A stretch of DNA of 64,000 nt from NCBI GenBank assembly GCA_951804945.1, contig OX638150.1, positions 44,640,001-44,704,000 of the forward strand. Direction: 5' to 3'. The position numbers were made by a program, and so were the translations under genes. Positions 60,759-64,000 of the stretch are shown piece by piece; the stretch's first letter is position 1, and each line of letters opens with the position of its first letter. Origin of the DNA: Podarcis cretensis (Eukaryota). Below the pieces are notes generated by a model. That model saw only the letters and a list, made by a program, of their open reading frames with translations. It was not told where the DNA came from and did no database searches.

Positions 60759-63700
60759 CGAGGCAGAAAACTACAAAAGGAGGAGTAGCTTGATATTGGA
60801 TATTAAAGGCATGACATTTTGGCATGCAAGCTAGTATATCTCTGGGGCAGGATACTCTAGCCAGTCTTCCATAAATCATACATCCTATCCAAAGTAGAAA
60901 CGTTTCTCAAATGTTTTAGTAATGTAAACATTTCAAGAATGAGGTAATTCAGTTGACTTGTGTTTTCATAACATCCTGGCTAACTGACTTTCGTTTACTA
61001 ATGTCCCAATAACCATTAACGACTTGATGCGGGACACAGACCTGCCCCTTTTCCTCCTGCCCCATTCTTGCCAGAGGACTGAAATGGGATCATCATTTAT
61101 AGCAAGGACACCAGTAATATATTGTAAAATGACAGCCAGCCAGCTTTTGCTTCTGCCAACAGGATCTCACTGGGAGCCCCAGCCAAGGACAGGAGCTGAG
61201 CAGCAGTGGGATGCAAGTCCTTGTTCTAGAGTGTGGTATTAAGTTAAAAAGTGGGTGTCACTGAGATATACCTTTTGTTTGCTTTCCTGCTTTGGATCTA
61301 ACTGGGAAGTCCAGATGTTTAGAAAGCCTTGTGTTTTTTCCATGAACTACTAAGTATTCCACTTCTCTACACTGTTGAAATAGGTGCTGGAGAAAGGCTT
61401 GGAGGCATCAGTGAATCCAGGGAGCTGCCTTATACCTTTGGTCAATCTCTAGCTTAGTATTGTCCACACTGAATGACAGCAGCTCTCCAGGATTTTTAGG
61501 CTGTGAATCTTTTCCAGTCCTATCTGGAGGTGTCGAATCTGAGACCTTCTGTGTGCAAAGCAGATGCTCCTCCACTGCGCTACAGCCCTTCCCCATAAAA
61601 CTTCCAGGAGGCTGGAGTATTCAAATTTCAGTCTGGGTGAAAATGTAGATAAAATAGCACCAGCCACTGTAGCATTTGTGGGGTAAGATTTATTGGTCTG
61701 TCTGTTCTGTAGAATGCTTACGGACGGAACTGTCCTGCTTGAAGTCTTGAGGCTGATACTCCTTTTCTGTAGCCTTCTAGTTTCCACATCTGGATAGGGA
61801 GCTGGCTCTTAAAAGCTCCTGGTTCTCAAGCTCACTTTAAAGCAGTCAAGCCATACTGAGACCAGAAATATCCCCCCTCCCCCAAAAGGGTAGAGCTTAG
61901 GGATGAAACATTCTACCCCAACACTGGAAAAAGTGTTGGGCTTCTGGCAACAACAGAAGGGCTCAAAATCTAGATACGTAGCACCCACACCCTGCCCTTG
62001 CCTCTATATTTCATCTTCTCAAAATGTGTTAAAATCATACCTTGCATATTCTCCAGAATCACCTGTCTGACTGGGTTGTTTTTTTTTAAACCCTTTTTAT
62101 GAAGCTAACAAAGTTGCTAGTTATACAGCAGGATCTGAAACTTTATAAAAATGGACTTAGAAGTATTCCTGTATGACACATTGAAGAATGTACAAATTTG
62201 TGTGGGTCCCAAAATGTAGAAAAAAGTATTTCTGGAATGGAAGACTAAGGAAGTGAATTCCTTTGGAATTGCTTTTATCTTCTTGCTCTCTTGCATAAGT
62301 AAAAGCAGCTGTTCCTATTTTTAATCTGGCAAATGCTAGATAATGATAATATGCATCGGCAGGTGAACAAGGACAATTTTTTTCAAGGGTTGTTTTTAAA
62401 CCTCAAAGCCCAGGGGGTAAGCCTCCCTCCCTCCCTCCCTCCCTCCCTTCTTGGGTAACCACAATGTTTGGCAGCGGCTGCAGATTCATTTCTTTCCCCC
62501 TTCAGTACTGTGTGCCAGCTTAGCCCTGTTCCTTCCCCACCCTCTCCCGGAACTGGCTGCCATTAGTATGTGAACCACATTATGAAACATAGCGTCTTGT
62601 AGGTGTGTGCAACGGCTTTATATGTGTGTTGTTCAGCTCAGACGGATGCCCGGGGTGGTGGTGGTGGCAGCAGCAGCAGCATTACGTAAGCTGCTCCTTT
62701 GGTCCTGTCTAGAACTCGGCGTCTGCCCCAGCAAGAGGTTGGGGAGCTCATTAGCACCAGCTGCTTAGCCAAGCGACCCAAAACATCCCAGCATGGCCGC
62801 AGCTGTACTCTGAGAGGGAAATGCTGCCTTCCATCAAGCAAAAACACTACAGATTTGTCAATGACCACACTGCAGTGTGTGTGTGTCTGCCTGTCTGTCT
62901 CTGTCTCTGTGTGTATGGCTTAGGTGAACAAACATGTTGACTCCTAAACCTGAGGCTCAACATTCTTGAGCATCTTCATAATTAGAGCCAACTGTGGTTT
63001 TAATTGTTAAATAAGATGGTTATATATGTTATGTAACTATACTGATAGCATCATTCAAACTTTCCCCACCACCACCACCACTGTGGGAAAATGAGTGACT
63101 TTCCCATTATTTATTGTTAATTTCCTTCATCCTTCCCCCACCCAAAAATATGCAGAACAATACAACACTTCAAAACCCACAAAAAAATTAGAGCTGTTTC
63201 TTTTCCATAAAAAGCAAGGGTTGAATTGTGAAGACCTCCGTTTTGGATTCCTGCTTGGGCATGTGGTGTTGGGCAAATCACTGTATCTCTGCCAAACCTC
63301 CCTCAAAATGTTTGTTCTGATGATGAAATGGAAATAATTCAATTTCCTAAGATTTTTGGAAGAAGTCTAGGATTACATGTGTGATGGTAAATGTATAATA
63401 TAATCAGTAGCTCCTGTCTCTCATGTTGTCTTTCTTTAAACAAAATTTGATTTTGGATACACCAAGTGATGTGTCCCACACCTTTTAAAAACAGCAGGGG
63501 AGGATCTTTAACTTCCATCTGCAGAAATTTTAAACAGGCAAGTCTTGAAGCCTTGTCTCAAAATAATATGCAAAGATGTCAGATTTTATCAGAATAATTG
63601 GCCTGAGTTCATTATTTGGGGACTCCTTTATTACTTTTCTCTGAAACATGTTTTCTGGTCGTTTGGCATGGTAGCCTTTCAAACATGGAAGCCTGTTGCC

Positions 63701-64000
63701 CTCCTGTTACTGAAACCTCAATTCCTGTCGGCCCGAGCCAGGCCAGGTCAGGGATGGTGGGAGTTGTAGTCCAGCAACAGCTGGAGGCCATCAGGCTTCT
63801 TCCCACAGTTGCTTTAAAATTTAATCAGTGACAAATATATGGTAAGTACTGACCACAAGTCTTGAAGGAATTCTGCTGAGGACACTTAAAAGTGGTGTGA
63901 CTCCCAGCAGTCATGACTGGAATTTTGAACATGAAATGCACATGGCAGCTTTCTTAGAATTTATAGTTGGTGTATTTTGTTAAACACAGAAAGAAAAGCA

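Noticed and set aside
58000-64000. Expected next syntenic gene (BEST2 in human) and several 60-150 aa ORFs
   Set aside because: No recognisable exons; the ORFs fall in SINE/MITE or featureless sequence

Overview
Vertebrate genomic DNA. The repeat content (Sauria SINE, Squam3-like SINE, L2, CR1, L1, Bov-B, many Tc1/mariner and hAT MITEs) points to a squamate, probably a lacertid lizard (inference). Four spliced protein-coding genes were reconstructed exon by exon with consistent phases. TNPO2 (minus) has 20 coding exons in the window and its 3' end runs off the left edge. An intact 3-exon RNF11-like RING-H2 E3 ligase gene (plus, 157 aa) follows. TRIR/C19orf43 (minus, 146 aa) and GET3/ASNA1 (plus, 348 aa) share a ~0.6 kb bidirectional CpG-island promoter. 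The order matches human 19p13 (TNPO2-TRIR-GET3) except for the extra RNF11 paralog. TNPO2 introns host three box C/D snoRNAs: a canonical SNORD41, a second SNORD41 copy mutated exactly at the methylation-specifying D+5 base, and a four-box snoRNA (probably SNORD135) whose D' guide matches 18S rRNA. Non-canonical splicing includes a U12-type intron in TNPO2, a GC-AG intron in GET3 and a candidate 9-nt microexon in TNPO2. Gene, snoRNA, rRNA and repeat-family identities come from recalled sequences, not database searches. No gene was recognised from ~58 kb to the end.
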